A stretch of 64,000 nucleotides of DNA from Limnochordia bacterium. Its GTDB lineage: Bacteria > Bacillota > Limnochordia > DTU080. The stretch spans positions 125,406 to 189,405 of the forward strand of contig JBMNJG010000004.1 of the NCBI GenBank assembly GCA_050951545.1, in the 5' to 3' direction. The position numbers and the translations under genes are program-made. Each line of letters starts with the position of its first letter. Position 1 is the stretch's first letter. Below the pieces are notes generated by a model that made no database searches, was not told the origin of the DNA, and saw nothing but the letters and a program-made list of their open reading frames with translations. Below are positions 20,584-30,084 of this stretch, piece by piece.

Positions 20584-21861
20584 ATGACGCGTCCGATTCG
20601 CTGGTGTTTGGCACTGTACTTGGTGCTCGCTTTGGTTTGGATACCAGGGGCCTTGGCGAAGGAACAGGTGGTCTTGAAGTGGACCACATGCTGTGGGCAA
20701 CTGGATCGTCACGAGCTGTTTCAGTCGTGGGCGCGCCGCTATGAATCTCGTAATCCGGGAGTTAAGGTGGAGTGGGAGTACCCTGCTGGGAGCTATGGGA
20801 ACGTGTTGCTGACCCGGATCGTTGGCGGCGCGGGACCTGACGTCATGTGGATCGGGGGCGCCTACTCACAGTTAGCTGACCTATTCGCCTCTGTGGAAGA
20901 CATGCGAACGCGCGCTGGGGGGCCGCTGCGTGAGGTCATGCCCCAGGTATTCCCTCTTTTCACTTGGGGAGGGAAGCTGGGTGCGGCACCTTACGGGGCG
21001 AACACGGTGCCGTTCTTTGTCAACCAACGCCTTTTCGCTGAAGCAGGTCTGAGAATACCTCCACCCAACTGGACCTGGGATGATTTCCTCGTCTTGGTCA
21101 AGCGTCTTACTGTGGATCTCGATGGCGATGGCCAGCCCGATCGATGGGGTTTTGACATCCGCTCCGGAGGATACCAGTTGACCGCGCTCTCCTGGGGAGG
21201 AGCACCCTTCTCGCCTGACGGGCGCAAGGTGGCCTTCAATAACCCCATCACGGTTGGGGCTACACAAACTCTCGCAGATCTAGCAAACAACAGACACGGC
21301 CCCTATCAGTTGCCAGCAGGCCGAGGTGACTTCGCGGCAGTGGCGAGGTCTGGCGTGGTGGCTGTCGTAGCGGGCGGTGTCTGGGGGGTTCCTGCTCTGC
21401 GTCAGTTGCCCGAGGATGAATGGGAGGGCATCGTCTTTCCTGCCTATGAATATCAGGGTGAGCGCTATCACGGCTCCTATCTGTCAGGTGAGGCGTGGGC
21501 GATCTCTAACACAACACCATACCCAGAAGAAGCACGGCGGTTCGTAGAGTTCCTGCTGGAGAAGGAGCAGATGCGTGAGTTCGCCCGTCTGGGCGGCATC
21601 ATTCCGACCCAGCAGTCGGTGGCCCGGGAGTTCTTCCACCCATCGACCTCGAAGCCACAAAACATGGCGGCATTCTTGGATTGCCTCGAGGTGGGCAAGC
21701 CTCTATACAATATCCACCCCGCTGGAAATGACATCATCTCCCGGTCTGGTCCGGTCTGGTCAGAGCTGTGGGCAGGCAGAATGCCCGCCTCTGCGGCACT
21801 AGAACAGATGGAGGTGATCGGAAACGCCGTCTTGGCCGACTTTTGGGCGCAGAAAAAGTAG
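20584..21861 (+). CDS. ABC transporter substrate-binding protein (family 1), array copy 4
   Basis: Identical to copies 2 and 3 except the last 4 residues (WAQKK vs WAKKQ). Repeat identity ends at 21848. Confidence 0.75.
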   Translation: MTRPIRWCLALYLVLALVWIPGALAKEQVVLKWTTCCGQLDRHELFQSWARRYESRNPGVKVEWEYPAGSYGNVLLTRIVGGAGPDVMWIGGAYSQLADLFASVEDMRTRAGGPLREVMPQVFPLFTWGGKLGAAPYGANTVPFFVNQRLFAEAGLRIPPPNWTWDDFLVLVKRLTVDLDGDGQPDRWGFDIRSGGYQLTALSWGGAPFSPDGRKVAFNNPITVGATQTLADLANNRHGPYQLPAGRGDFAAVARSGVVAVVAGGVWGVPALRQLPEDEWEGIVFPAYEYQGERYHGSYLSGEAWAISNTTPYPEEARRFVEFLLEKEQMREFARLGGIIPTQQSVAREFFHPSTSKPQNMAAFLDCLEVGKPLYNIHPAGNDIISRSGPVWSELWAGRMPASAALEQMEVIGNAVLADFWAQKK

Positions 21862-21905
21862 CATCGTGTGCCTGTTGTCTGCGGCTTTATGATGGGAAGC
21901 ACGCG

Positions 21906-21933
21906 CATAGGCGCCCGGGTTCGGGCGCCTATG
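21906..21933. promoter_or_regulatory. Perfect 12-bp-arm palindrome (cataggcgcccg ggtt cgggcgcctatg) between SBP copy 4 and the Gfo/Idh/MocA gene
   Basis: Exact inverted repeat with no downstream T-run. Candidate operator or RNA stem rather than a terminator. Confidence 0.35.
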
Positions 21934-21963
21934 CCTACCAACCAGGAAGAAAGGGATGAAAGT

Positions 21964-22974
21964 ATGAGTAGGGTCCGTCTGGCAGTGGTTGGTTGCGGGG
22001 CGATGTTCAATACTCACGCTCAGGGTCTGAAGCAGCTGCTCGATCGTGTTGAGATCACCTATGCAGTCGATGCTGTTGAGGATAGGGCGCAGAAAGCGGC
22101 AGCGCAGTTTCCAGGCACCAAGGCCGCTACAGACTACCGACAGGTACTCGACGAAGTCGATGCGGTGATGCTGGTTCTGCCATACCACCTTCACCATCCG
22201 GTAGCCAAGGCATGCCTCGGTGCTGGCAAGCATGTGCTCCTAGAGAAACCCATGGCCAACAGCGAGGCAGAATGCCTGGATCTAATCGAAACAGCGGAAA
22301 GGTCTGGCCAGGTGTTCATGATCGCCTACTGCATGCGCTTCCATCCTCTGGTGCTCGCCATGAAAAAGCTACTGGATGAGAGAGCCTATGGCGATGTGTT
22401 CCAGGTCTCGATCTGGACGGAGCAGCTGACCATTCGTCCGCCTGATCACTGGTCACACCTACCATCAACGGGTGGGGGGCAGCTGTTTACGCATGGGTGT
22501 CACTACATCGACATCCTCCTCTGGCTCTTGGGTCGGCCACTGCGGGGCACACATATCGGTACGGAATTTGGCACCCCTTGGATGAGCAGAGAAGGGACCA
22601 GCAACGTCTGCCTCGAGTTCGAAGGTGGTCGGCTGGCTTACCACTTCGGGACATGGGGCGCTAGAGGCACGCGCCTAGGGTACGCTTTCCATGCCCACTG
22701 CACTGACGGCATGATAGAAGCAGATATCCGACACAGTCGACTAGTCGTGCACCGAAGAGGTCAGCAGATCGTGCTTGTTGAGAGCGCAGCTGGCAAACAG
22801 ACTGAAAATGAGATGCATCACTTTCTCGAGTGCATTGAGACAAGCAGGCGGCCGCTGACCGACGGGCCCGGAAGTCTGCAGGGTCTGAGAGTGATCTGGC
22901 GACTGTATGAGGCTGAACGGCAACAGACAGTGGCCGATCTGCGTGGATTGGGTCTTGACGAGTACCAACGGTAA
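21964..22974 (+). CDS. Gfo/Idh/MocA family NAD(P)-dependent oxidoreductase
   Basis: Opens MSRVRLAVVGCGAMFNTHAQ with a Rossmann N-terminus. Start reset to ATG 21964 with AGGAAGAAAGGG RBS. Confidence 0.75.
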   Translation: MSRVRLAVVGCGAMFNTHAQGLKQLLDRVEITYAVDAVEDRAQKAAAQFPGTKAATDYRQVLDEVDAVMLVLPYHLHHPVAKACLGAGKHVLLEKPMANSEAECLDLIETAERSGQVFMIAYCMRFHPLVLAMKKLLDERAYGDVFQVSIWTEQLTIRPPDHWSHLPSTGGGQLFTHGCHYIDILLWLLGRPLRGTHIGTEFGTPWMSREGTSNVCLEFEGGRLAYHFGTWGARGTRLGYAFHAHCTDGMIEADIRHSRLVVHRRGQQIVLVESAAGKQTENEMHHFLECIETSRRPLTDGPGSLQGLRVIWRLYEAERQQTVADLRGLGLDEYQR

Positions 22975-23100
22975 ACTTTCTGTGGCTCTATGACAACCGC
23001 ACGGACAACAACATTGCCAGAGGCTTGTTCTCACGCCCAGAGATAAGGAACACGGGTACGATCGGGATTTCGTCATGCACGAGCTAGGGAGGGAGAGTCT

Positions 23101-24402
23101 ATGACGTTATTCATGATGTTAACCGACAGGGCGAGATGGGGAACCGGACAGCGAATATTTCGACTGATGCTTGCTATGATGTTGTTGCTGCACATAGCCA
23201 CTGGGACAGTGAACAGTGCGGATAAGACAAAGGTGACGATGAGTACATGGGGATCACCGGAGTTCTGGGATCTGCACGAGGAAGGCATTGCCGAGTTTGA
23301 GAAGTTGAACCCACAGATAGATGTCGAGCTTCTGCGCCTACCCTGTTGCGATAAGCAATACTGGGAAGCGGTTATGGTCAGAAGTGCGGCAGGGCAGATG
23401 CCCGATGTCTTTCGCATCTGGTCAACCCAACAGACAGACATCTACCGCTCTGGGCTGGCCTTGGATATTTCCTCATATGTTTCTAAGGATGCCACGTATT
23501 TCAAGCAGTTTTTCGTTCCTCCGCTAGGCCTGGGCAAGCGCACCTATGCCCTCGCTGATGTGGTAATAGTCAACTATCTCCATACCAATGAGGACATGAT
23601 GGCCAAAGTGGGATTGGAGTCGCCAGCCGATCTGTACGTCAAGGGAGCGTGGGACTACCGCGCGCTCGAGGCGACGTCGCGTCGCGTAGCGCAACGCGAC
23701 GAGCACGGCAATCCGAAGGCCTTAGGGATGATCATGATCGTGCCTGACGTCTTTTTCGTTGGTGCGTGGGTGCAGATCTTTGGCGGCAGCTGGTTTGATG
23801 CTGAATTCCGTGCTTCTCAGTTTAACCAGCCTCCGGCTCTGCAAGCTCTGACGTGGTTGCAGGAGCGCTTGTCGGAGGGTAGCTTCGTCGCTAACGGTCG
23901 GTACGCTTCCTTGGAGAAGGCTGGGGAATGGGGATTGTGGTTTCAGTGGAACCTGCCCCCGGCGCCTGGTGGAGCCTATGGCAACATGCAAGCTGGCTAT
24001 GTGCCATTCCCGCGAGGACCAGCTCGTGACACGACGAGCTTCCGCGTGGAGCCGTGGGCGGTGGCTGCAGCCAGTAAGCATCCGCAAGAGGCGTATGAAC
24101 TCATCAAGTACATGGCAGGTCCGGGAATACGCTTCATGATCGGAAAGCAGGGGAAGGTGCCCAACTATCGCCCATCCATGGGGCTTCTGAATGCTCACGC
24201 CTCTCGCTTCGCCTACGGACTTGGCCCGCTACAGCAGCAACTCGACAAGATGGTTCCTCAGCCTGTGCCTCCTGAGCAGCGGCGGATATATGACACTCTG
24301 TTCCCCGCACTGCGTAGCATCGCAGAGGGCCAGATAGGCGCACAAGCTGCGATGGATGATGTAGCACGCCAGGTAGACGCCATCCTGCAATCAGTTAACT
24401 GA
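23101..24402 (+). CDS. ABC transporter substrate-binding protein (family 1, carbohydrate)
   Basis: Signal peptide plus SBP_bac_1-like composition. GGGAGGGAG RBS. Confidence 0.7.
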   Translation: MTLFMMLTDRARWGTGQRIFRLMLAMMLLLHIATGTVNSADKTKVTMSTWGSPEFWDLHEEGIAEFEKLNPQIDVELLRLPCCDKQYWEAVMVRSAAGQMPDVFRIWSTQQTDIYRSGLALDISSYVSKDATYFKQFFVPPLGLGKRTYALADVVIVNYLHTNEDMMAKVGLESPADLYVKGAWDYRALEATSRRVAQRDEHGNPKALGMIMIVPDVFFVGAWVQIFGGSWFDAEFRASQFNQPPALQALTWLQERLSEGSFVANGRYASLEKAGEWGLWFQWNLPPAPGGAYGNMQAGYVPFPRGPARDTTSFRVEPWAVAAASKHPQEAYELIKYMAGPGIRFMIGKQGKVPNYRPSMGLLNAHASRFAYGLGPLQQQLDKMVPQPVPPEQRRIYDTLFPALRSIAEGQIGAQAAMDDVARQVDAILQSVN

Positions 24403-24436
24403 TGAAGCAAGCACATACAAAGGGGCTGAACACACT

Positions 24437-26737
24437 GTGGCTTCCGATCTCGGGGAGAATGCTTTGCTGGAACACACGAAATCAAGCTGTGCTTTTAGGA
24501 CAGGATCCGGTGTCTTTGTGCGCATCGAGGCCATCTCGCCACACATCATGCGCTGGCGTCTATCCCATGACGGGAAGTGGAGGCAGTCCCCGCTTAACAG
24601 GTATGGGTTTGTCAGTGAGAATGTGGGGAGTGACAGTCCGCACATTGTGCTCACCGAGCGCCCGGATGCCATCCAGCTGGCCACTGAAGTGTTGCAGGTG
24701 CGCACAGAACGCGCCTCTGGGCGGATGCAGTTCTGTAACGCCTCGGGGCGCCGTCTACTCCAGGGAAGTGCTACCGACGGTTTCAGGGTAAGCGCCGAGG
24801 GCCATGTGGCCAGCTTTGACATTGGCCCAGATGAGCTTTTTTACGGTTTCGGTGATCAGAATCGAGAACGGTTAGAACACCGAGGCACAAGTCCTCGCAT
24901 GTGGGTGACCAATGTCAACCGCTACATCCCCATCCCCTTCTTCATGAGCAACCGAGGGTATGGGATGCTCGTCAACACCACCCGAGATCTCGCTTTCGAT
25001 ATAGGAAGTAAGTCGGCCGATCGTTTGACCTTCACAGTCATCGGTACCGATGTCGACTTCTACTTCATCTACGGACCGGAGCCTGCGGCCATTCTCGATC
25101 ATTACACTCGATTGACGGGAAGACCCACGCTACCGCCAAAGTGGTCATTCGGTCTGTGGTTTGTCTGTCGCACGCAGGCGAATGATCATGAAGTGATTAC
25201 CGATGCTTATACTTTCCGTCGCGAAGGTATTCCTTGCGATGCCATCATGCTGGAGCCCGGTTGGATGCAGACCTTCTACGACGCTTCTGTGAAGAAGGAT
25301 TGGCACGTAGAACGTTTTCCCATTCCATCGTATAGCCGTACGGGTCCTGACAACTTCCCTGCGGCACTCAAGAGAATGGGCTTCAAAATCGGTCTATGGG
25401 AATGCAATGACTATGATCTGTCCATAGAGGCTGAGCGCCGACTCATGAGCCAAGAAGAGATGGATGCCCGAGACCAGGATCGCGGGGTGGACGACGGCAC
25501 AAGCGAAGCGATCTACTTGGAGCCCGATGAGCATCTACGTATGCCTAGACGGCTTGATTCGCTGACTCAGAAGAACGAACCGTGGTTTGAGCATCACAAG
25601 AAGTTCATCGATCAGGGCGTGGACTTTTTCAAGCAGGATGGGGCCTATCAAGTTCTGGATCACCCGGACCGTCTCTGGGCGAACGGAATGACAGATGCTG
25701 AGATGCACAATTTGTACCCCCTGTTGTACTCGCAGCAAATGTACGAGGGCTTCAAGGAGTATACGAAGCGGCGACCCTGTTGCTTTACGCCAGCTGGTTG
25801 GGCTGGTTTGCAGCGCTACACGGGCACCTGGACCGGAGACACAGGTGGTGGCCCAGGCACTATTCTGGCTTGTCTCAATTTGGCTATGAGCGGCCATCAC
25901 CTCGTCACGTGTGATATGCAGGTAACGAGCAAGGAGGGCATCCACTACGGTTTTCTCCTTCCTTGGGCACAGGTCAACAGCTGGAACTACTGGCGGCATC
26001 CGTGGCTTCTCGGCGATGAGCTCGGGCCTATCTTCAAGGAGTATGCAGAACTGCGCTACCGCCTTCTGCCATACATCTATAGCTGCGCTTATGAAGCCCA
26101 TCTGACTGGCATGCCACTGATGCGACCGATGCCCCTGGCCTTTGCCACCGAGCCAGAATCTCATAACTATCTACGGCAGTGGATGTTTGGCCCGGCGCTC
26201 TTAGTGGGGGCCTTCTGCGATGAGCTATATCTGCCAGGCAGTGGAGTCTGGCACGATTACTGGACGGGAGAGTGCATTCAGGCGCCGTGTACCATTGTCT
26301 ACACTGCACCGCCCAATCGAGGCGGAGCTCTGTTTGTCAAGGGCGGTACGCTTCTTCCAATGGCGCCGCCTCAGCCTTATGTGGGGTCAGCTCCAGCGAA
26401 CACGATGACACTCGAGGTATTCCCCGGCGCTGACGGCCATTTCCGGCTATATGACGATGACGGGGTCAGTCTGGACTATGAACACGGTCGTTACGCGGTG
26501 ACGCCATTCTGCGTGAAGCAGGAGACCAATGCTCTGACCATCGGTATTGGCGAGCGTCAGGGAAGCTATTCTGGCATGCCTGACCAGGTGCTTTATACGC
26601 TGGAGGTTCACATGCCAGAGCAGCCCGCGCGCGTGAGCACAGATGCTGGCGAAGCCAAGTGGTGCCACAAGGATGGTCTGTTGCGGGTGGATCTGGGTGC
26701 AGTGGGCCGCAAGGGATGTGTGTGCAAAATCATGTAG
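24437..26737 (+). CDS. Glycoside hydrolase family 31 (alpha-glucosidase/alpha-xylosidase-like)
   Basis: 766 aa carrying the GH31-type HNLYPLL motif and KQDGAYQV region. GTG start. Confidence 0.7.
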   Translation: MASDLGENALLEHTKSSCAFRTGSGVFVRIEAISPHIMRWRLSHDGKWRQSPLNRYGFVSENVGSDSPHIVLTERPDAIQLATEVLQVRTERASGRMQFCNASGRRLLQGSATDGFRVSAEGHVASFDIGPDELFYGFGDQNRERLEHRGTSPRMWVTNVNRYIPIPFFMSNRGYGMLVNTTRDLAFDIGSKSADRLTFTVIGTDVDFYFIYGPEPAAILDHYTRLTGRPTLPPKWSFGLWFVCRTQANDHEVITDAYTFRREGIPCDAIMLEPGWMQTFYDASVKKDWHVERFPIPSYSRTGPDNFPAALKRMGFKIGLWECNDYDLSIEAERRLMSQEEMDARDQDRGVDDGTSEAIYLEPDEHLRMPRRLDSLTQKNEPWFEHHKKFIDQGVDFFKQDGAYQVLDHPDRLWANGMTDAEMHNLYPLLYSQQMYEGFKEYTKRRPCCFTPAGWAGLQRYTGTWTGDTGGGPGTILACLNLAMSGHHLVTCDMQVTSKEGIHYGFLLPWAQVNSWNYWRHPWLLGDELGPIFKEYAELRYRLLPYIYSCAYEAHLTGMPLMRPMPLAFATEPESHNYLRQWMFGPALLVGAFCDELYLPGSGVWHDYWTGECIQAPCTIVYTAPPNRGGALFVKGGTLLPMAPPQPYVGSAPANTMTLEVFPGADGHFRLYDDDGVSLDYEHGRYAVTPFCVKQETNALTIGIGERQGSYSGMPDQVLYTLEVHMPEQPARVSTDAGEAKWCHKDGLLRVDLGAVGRKGCVCKIM

Positions 26738-26759
26738 TAGAAGTAGGGGAGGACTAGTC

Positions 26760-28037
26760 ATGAGGATGATCGGGCGAAAGAGCACGGCTTGTCGTATTCT
26801 TATGGTCTTCGCAGTGGTGTTTTCCAGTGTACTGGCTCAAGGGGCTAAGGTGCAACTCGTACACTTCACGTACTCGGGCCATGGCGAGCGATGGCAGGCG
26901 TGGCTGGGGGCCATCGCGAAGGATTTCGAGGCTGCTACAGGTATTGGCGTAAGGGTAGAGGTGTCGATGAGCAGCGGCGACTACCAGCCCAAGCTGTTGA
27001 CAATGGTGGCTGGTGGAGTGGCGCCCGATGTCACTGATGCTCATCCCATGCTGGCGGCACCTTTCATCGCTCAGGACATTTTCGAAGACCTGGGCCCGTA
27101 CATCAAGCGAGACAAGGTGCCGTTGGAGCGGATACCTCCTGCGATTGTCAGAGGGGTACAGACACCTGATGGTGTGATGTGGGGTCTCCCAGTCAGCGTC
27201 TACCCGGTCGTTACGTTCTTCAATGCCGATATGTTTGCAGAAGCCGGAATAGCCAACCCTATTCAGCTTGGCGAAAACTGGACCTGGGAAACGGCAACCA
27301 CGAGTGCTCAACGGCTGACTGTTGATGCGGACCGGGATGGCGTGCCCGAACGCTATGGTCTCAACGCTATCTCCGCACGCTATGAACAGCAGGTTCATCA
27401 GGCAGGCGGCACTCTCTACGATCGCCTCGTCTATCCTACAAACAGCCGCTTCAACACGCCACCAGTTCAAACTGCACTCCAATGGATTCAGTCTCTATAC
27501 GTTGACCGACTGGCATCAACTAGCGGCAATGTGCAGGTGTATCGTGGCAATGCTGCGTTTAGCGTGACAGAAGGCCCAGGTTTTATCTCGGCATACTACC
27601 AAGACGTCCCCTTTAGCTGGGATATCGCCGTTCAGCCCAAGGGCCCTGCCAATCGCGCCGCACGCGTCAACCCTGATGGTTTTCAGATCTTGGCAGCTAG
27701 TCAACACAAAGATGCCGCATGGAAGTGGATCCATTTTCTGACTACGAGTGTGGATAACCAACTGGAGTTGGTAAGATACACTAGCCGCATGCCCGCTCTG
27801 AGGGAGGCCATGCTGCGTTACCCGAAAGTGAGTACGGGAAAGCAACCGGATAACTGGTATGCGCTGGTTGATACAGCCTTCGATCCCGACGGCTATGCCG
27901 CCTACGTAATCCCCAACGCCACGGTCATCGATCCTGTGGTAAACGCGGTGCTTAACCGGATATGGCGGGGCGAGATAGCCGTGGCCACTGCGCTGGAGCA
28001 GATCGACCAACAGGTGAACGCATTGCTTCGGCCATAG
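26760..28037 (+). CDS. ABC transporter substrate-binding protein (family 1)
   Basis: Opens MRMIGRKSTACRILMVFAVVFSSVLAQG (signal peptide) and is SBP-like thereafter. Start reset to ATG 26760 with GGGGAGG RBS. Confidence 0.7.
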   Translation: MRMIGRKSTACRILMVFAVVFSSVLAQGAKVQLVHFTYSGHGERWQAWLGAIAKDFEAATGIGVRVEVSMSSGDYQPKLLTMVAGGVAPDVTDAHPMLAAPFIAQDIFEDLGPYIKRDKVPLERIPPAIVRGVQTPDGVMWGLPVSVYPVVTFFNADMFAEAGIANPIQLGENWTWETATTSAQRLTVDADRDGVPERYGLNAISARYEQQVHQAGGTLYDRLVYPTNSRFNTPPVQTALQWIQSLYVDRLASTSGNVQVYRGNAAFSVTEGPGFISAYYQDVPFSWDIAVQPKGPANRAARVNPDGFQILAASQHKDAAWKWIHFLTTSVDNQLELVRYTSRMPALREAMLRYPKVSTGKQPDNWYALVDTAFDPDGYAAYVIPNATVIDPVVNAVLNRIWRGEIAVATALEQIDQQVNALLRP

Positions 28038-28115
28038 GCCTGCAGGCGAAGCAAGCGCGGCTAGAGAAGCAGAACGGCAGGGTTAACCCGTGGGCCAGTT
28101 GAATGGGGGCATACA

Positions 28116-29372
28116 ATGGCGAACGATCATCCAAGAATCCGCGTGGGGGTGGTGGGCGTCAGGCGCGGCCGGACCTTCATGAATCAGGCGCCCGCCGCCG
28201 GGATGGAGCTCGTCGCGATCTGCGATACATGGGAAGAGAAGCTGAGAGAGGTCAATGCGAAGTATAACGTGGCGACATACACAGACTACGACGCTTTTCT
28301 AGAACACGATATGGATGCGGTCGTTACCGCCAACTACTTCCACCAGCACGCGCCCTTGGCGATCAAAGCTCTGCGAGCTGGCAAGCATGTCATGAGCGAA
28401 TGCGCGGCTTGTCATACGCTTGCGGAGGGAGTAGCGCTGTGTCGTGAGGTCGAGCGGAGCGGGCTGATCTACATGTTGGCTGAGAACTACCCATATACAG
28501 CAGCCAACCTTGAGTTACACCGGCTGTACCAAGCAGGAGCCATTGGTGAGGTCATGTACGCGGAGGGAGAGTACAACCATCCCATGAAAAGGGAGGACTG
28601 GATGCGCATCTCTCCTGGTCTCAGACACTGGCGCAACAATCTGGCGGCGACCTACTACTGCACGCACGCCCTGGCTCCACTGATGCACATCACTGACACC
28701 ATGCCGGTCTCCGTAAACGCCTTGGCTATACCCTGGGCGAAGCCAGACCCGCTTAGTGTCAGACGTCAAGATGCTGGGGCTGTCACTCTCTGTCGCATGG
28801 GCAATGGTGCTGTCTTTCGCCTTTTCGGCATCAACGTTCCGGGGCACAGTATTTGGTACCGCCTGCATGGATCACGCGGCTTGGCTGAACTGACGAGAGG
28901 TGGAGGCTATTGGGGTCCCGGTCACGTGCGCCTCGCGCATGACCCATGGGATGTGTTGCCAGGTGAAGAGGAGGAGCGGATTTATGCTCCTGAGTTTCCA
29001 GCCTGGGCTCAGAGAGCAGCAGAGGCGGGACATGGTGGCGGAGACTTCTTTACGAGTTACCTGTTCGCTGAGGCCATTCGAACTGGTGAGCAGCCGTATC
29101 TCAACGTCTATCGGGGCGTGGCTATGTCAGTGGTGGGCATACAGGCCTGGAAATCCTGCCTGGAGAATGGCCAGCCCTATGAGATCCCGGATTTCACGGA
29201 CGAAAAGGCGCGTGCATTGCACGAGAACGACCACTGGTCCCCATTTCCGGAGGATGCTGGTCCTGGCCAGCCGTTTCCAAGCATTCGGGGCGATATCCAG
29301 TCGACGCCAGAAGCAATCGCTTATGCCCGCCAACTCTGGGAGGAGCAGCTTGGTTTTCGCGAGCAAGACTGA
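28116..29372 (+). CDS. Gfo/Idh/MocA family oxidoreductase
   Basis: Opens MANDHPRIRVGVVGVRRGRTF... with an N-terminal Rossmann fold. Confidence 0.75.
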   Translation: MANDHPRIRVGVVGVRRGRTFMNQAPAAGMELVAICDTWEEKLREVNAKYNVATYTDYDAFLEHDMDAVVTANYFHQHAPLAIKALRAGKHVMSECAACHTLAEGVALCREVERSGLIYMLAENYPYTAANLELHRLYQAGAIGEVMYAEGEYNHPMKREDWMRISPGLRHWRNNLAATYYCTHALAPLMHITDTMPVSVNALAIPWAKPDPLSVRRQDAGAVTLCRMGNGAVFRLFGINVPGHSIWYRLHGSRGLAELTRGGGYWGPGHVRLAHDPWDVLPGEEEERIYAPEFPAWAQRAAEAGHGGGDFFTSYLFAEAIRTGEQPYLNVYRGVAMSVVGIQAWKSCLENGQPYEIPDFTDEKARALHENDHWSPFPEDAGPGQPFPSIRGDIQSTPEAIAYARQLWEEQLGFREQD

Positions 29373-29375
29373 GCT

Positions 29376-30029
29376 TTGAGGGCGAGGGTGACAGATGTGG
29401 AGCGGGTGATTCACGTCATCGTCAACGGTATTCAGCTGCATCTAGAGACGCGGCCTGGGTTGTTCTCGCCCGCTCGGCTAGATCCGGGGACGCTCGCCAT
29501 GCTATCGGTTACGAAGCTGGCACCTAGGGAGAAGGTGCTAGATCTCGGCTGCGGATACGGGCTTGTCGGTATCTACATGGCCAGACTGTGTGGTGCACAG
29601 CAGGTGGTGATGTCGGATGACGATCCGCTCGCGCTTGAGGTGGCTCGTCGAAACGCGGTCAGCAATGGCCTAGAGGATATCCGGGTTCTCTTGAGCGACG
29701 GGTTTGAGCAGATTGCTGATGAGGACTTCACGCTGATTATGGCGAACCCGCCCTATCATGCTGATTTCTCTGTGCCCAAGGGTTTCATCGAGGGGGCTCG
29801 ACGCCATCTGACCGTCGGTGGGCGTTTGGTGATGGTGGTTAAGCGCGTGACATGGTACAGAAACAAGATGCAGAGTGTCTTTGGCGGGGTACGGGTGACA
29901 CTAGCAGACGGCTACGCAGTGCTGGAGTCAGAGAAACGGGGTGGCTCGCCGAGAGCAAAGCCTATCAAGGCCACGACCAAGAAGCACTTGCGTCGTGTTC
30001 AGGCCTCCGCTGCAAGAAAGCGCCATTAG
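29376..30029 (+). CDS. Class I SAM-dependent methyltransferase (RsmC/MTS-like, NPPY motif)
   Basis: VLDLGCGYGLVG (motif I) and MANPPYH (motif IV). Confidence 0.65.
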   Translation: MRARVTDVERVIHVIVNGIQLHLETRPGLFSPARLDPGTLAMLSVTKLAPREKVLDLGCGYGLVGIYMARLCGAQQVVMSDDDPLALEVARRNAVSNGLEDIRVLLSDGFEQIADEDFTLIMANPPYHADFSVPKGFIEGARRHLTVGGRLVMVVKRVTWYRNKMQSVFGGVRVTLADGYAVLESEKRGGSPRAKPIKATTKKHLRRVQASAARKRH

Positions 30030-30084
30030 TTGAGGATGTGAATGGCGCGACTCAGGGTCGCGCCATTCGATATCTGCAGCGAAG

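Larger units (their letters stand above)
17405..21848 (+). repeat. Perfect tandem direct repeat: 3 units of 1480 bp, each holding one SBP gene plus its intergenic terminator and leader
   Basis: ORF start offsets are 17624, 19104, 20584 (period 1480). All nested ORFs recur with identical translations. Sampled nucleotide stretches are identical. Identity begins inside the copy-1 3' end and stops at 21848. Confidence 0.8.
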
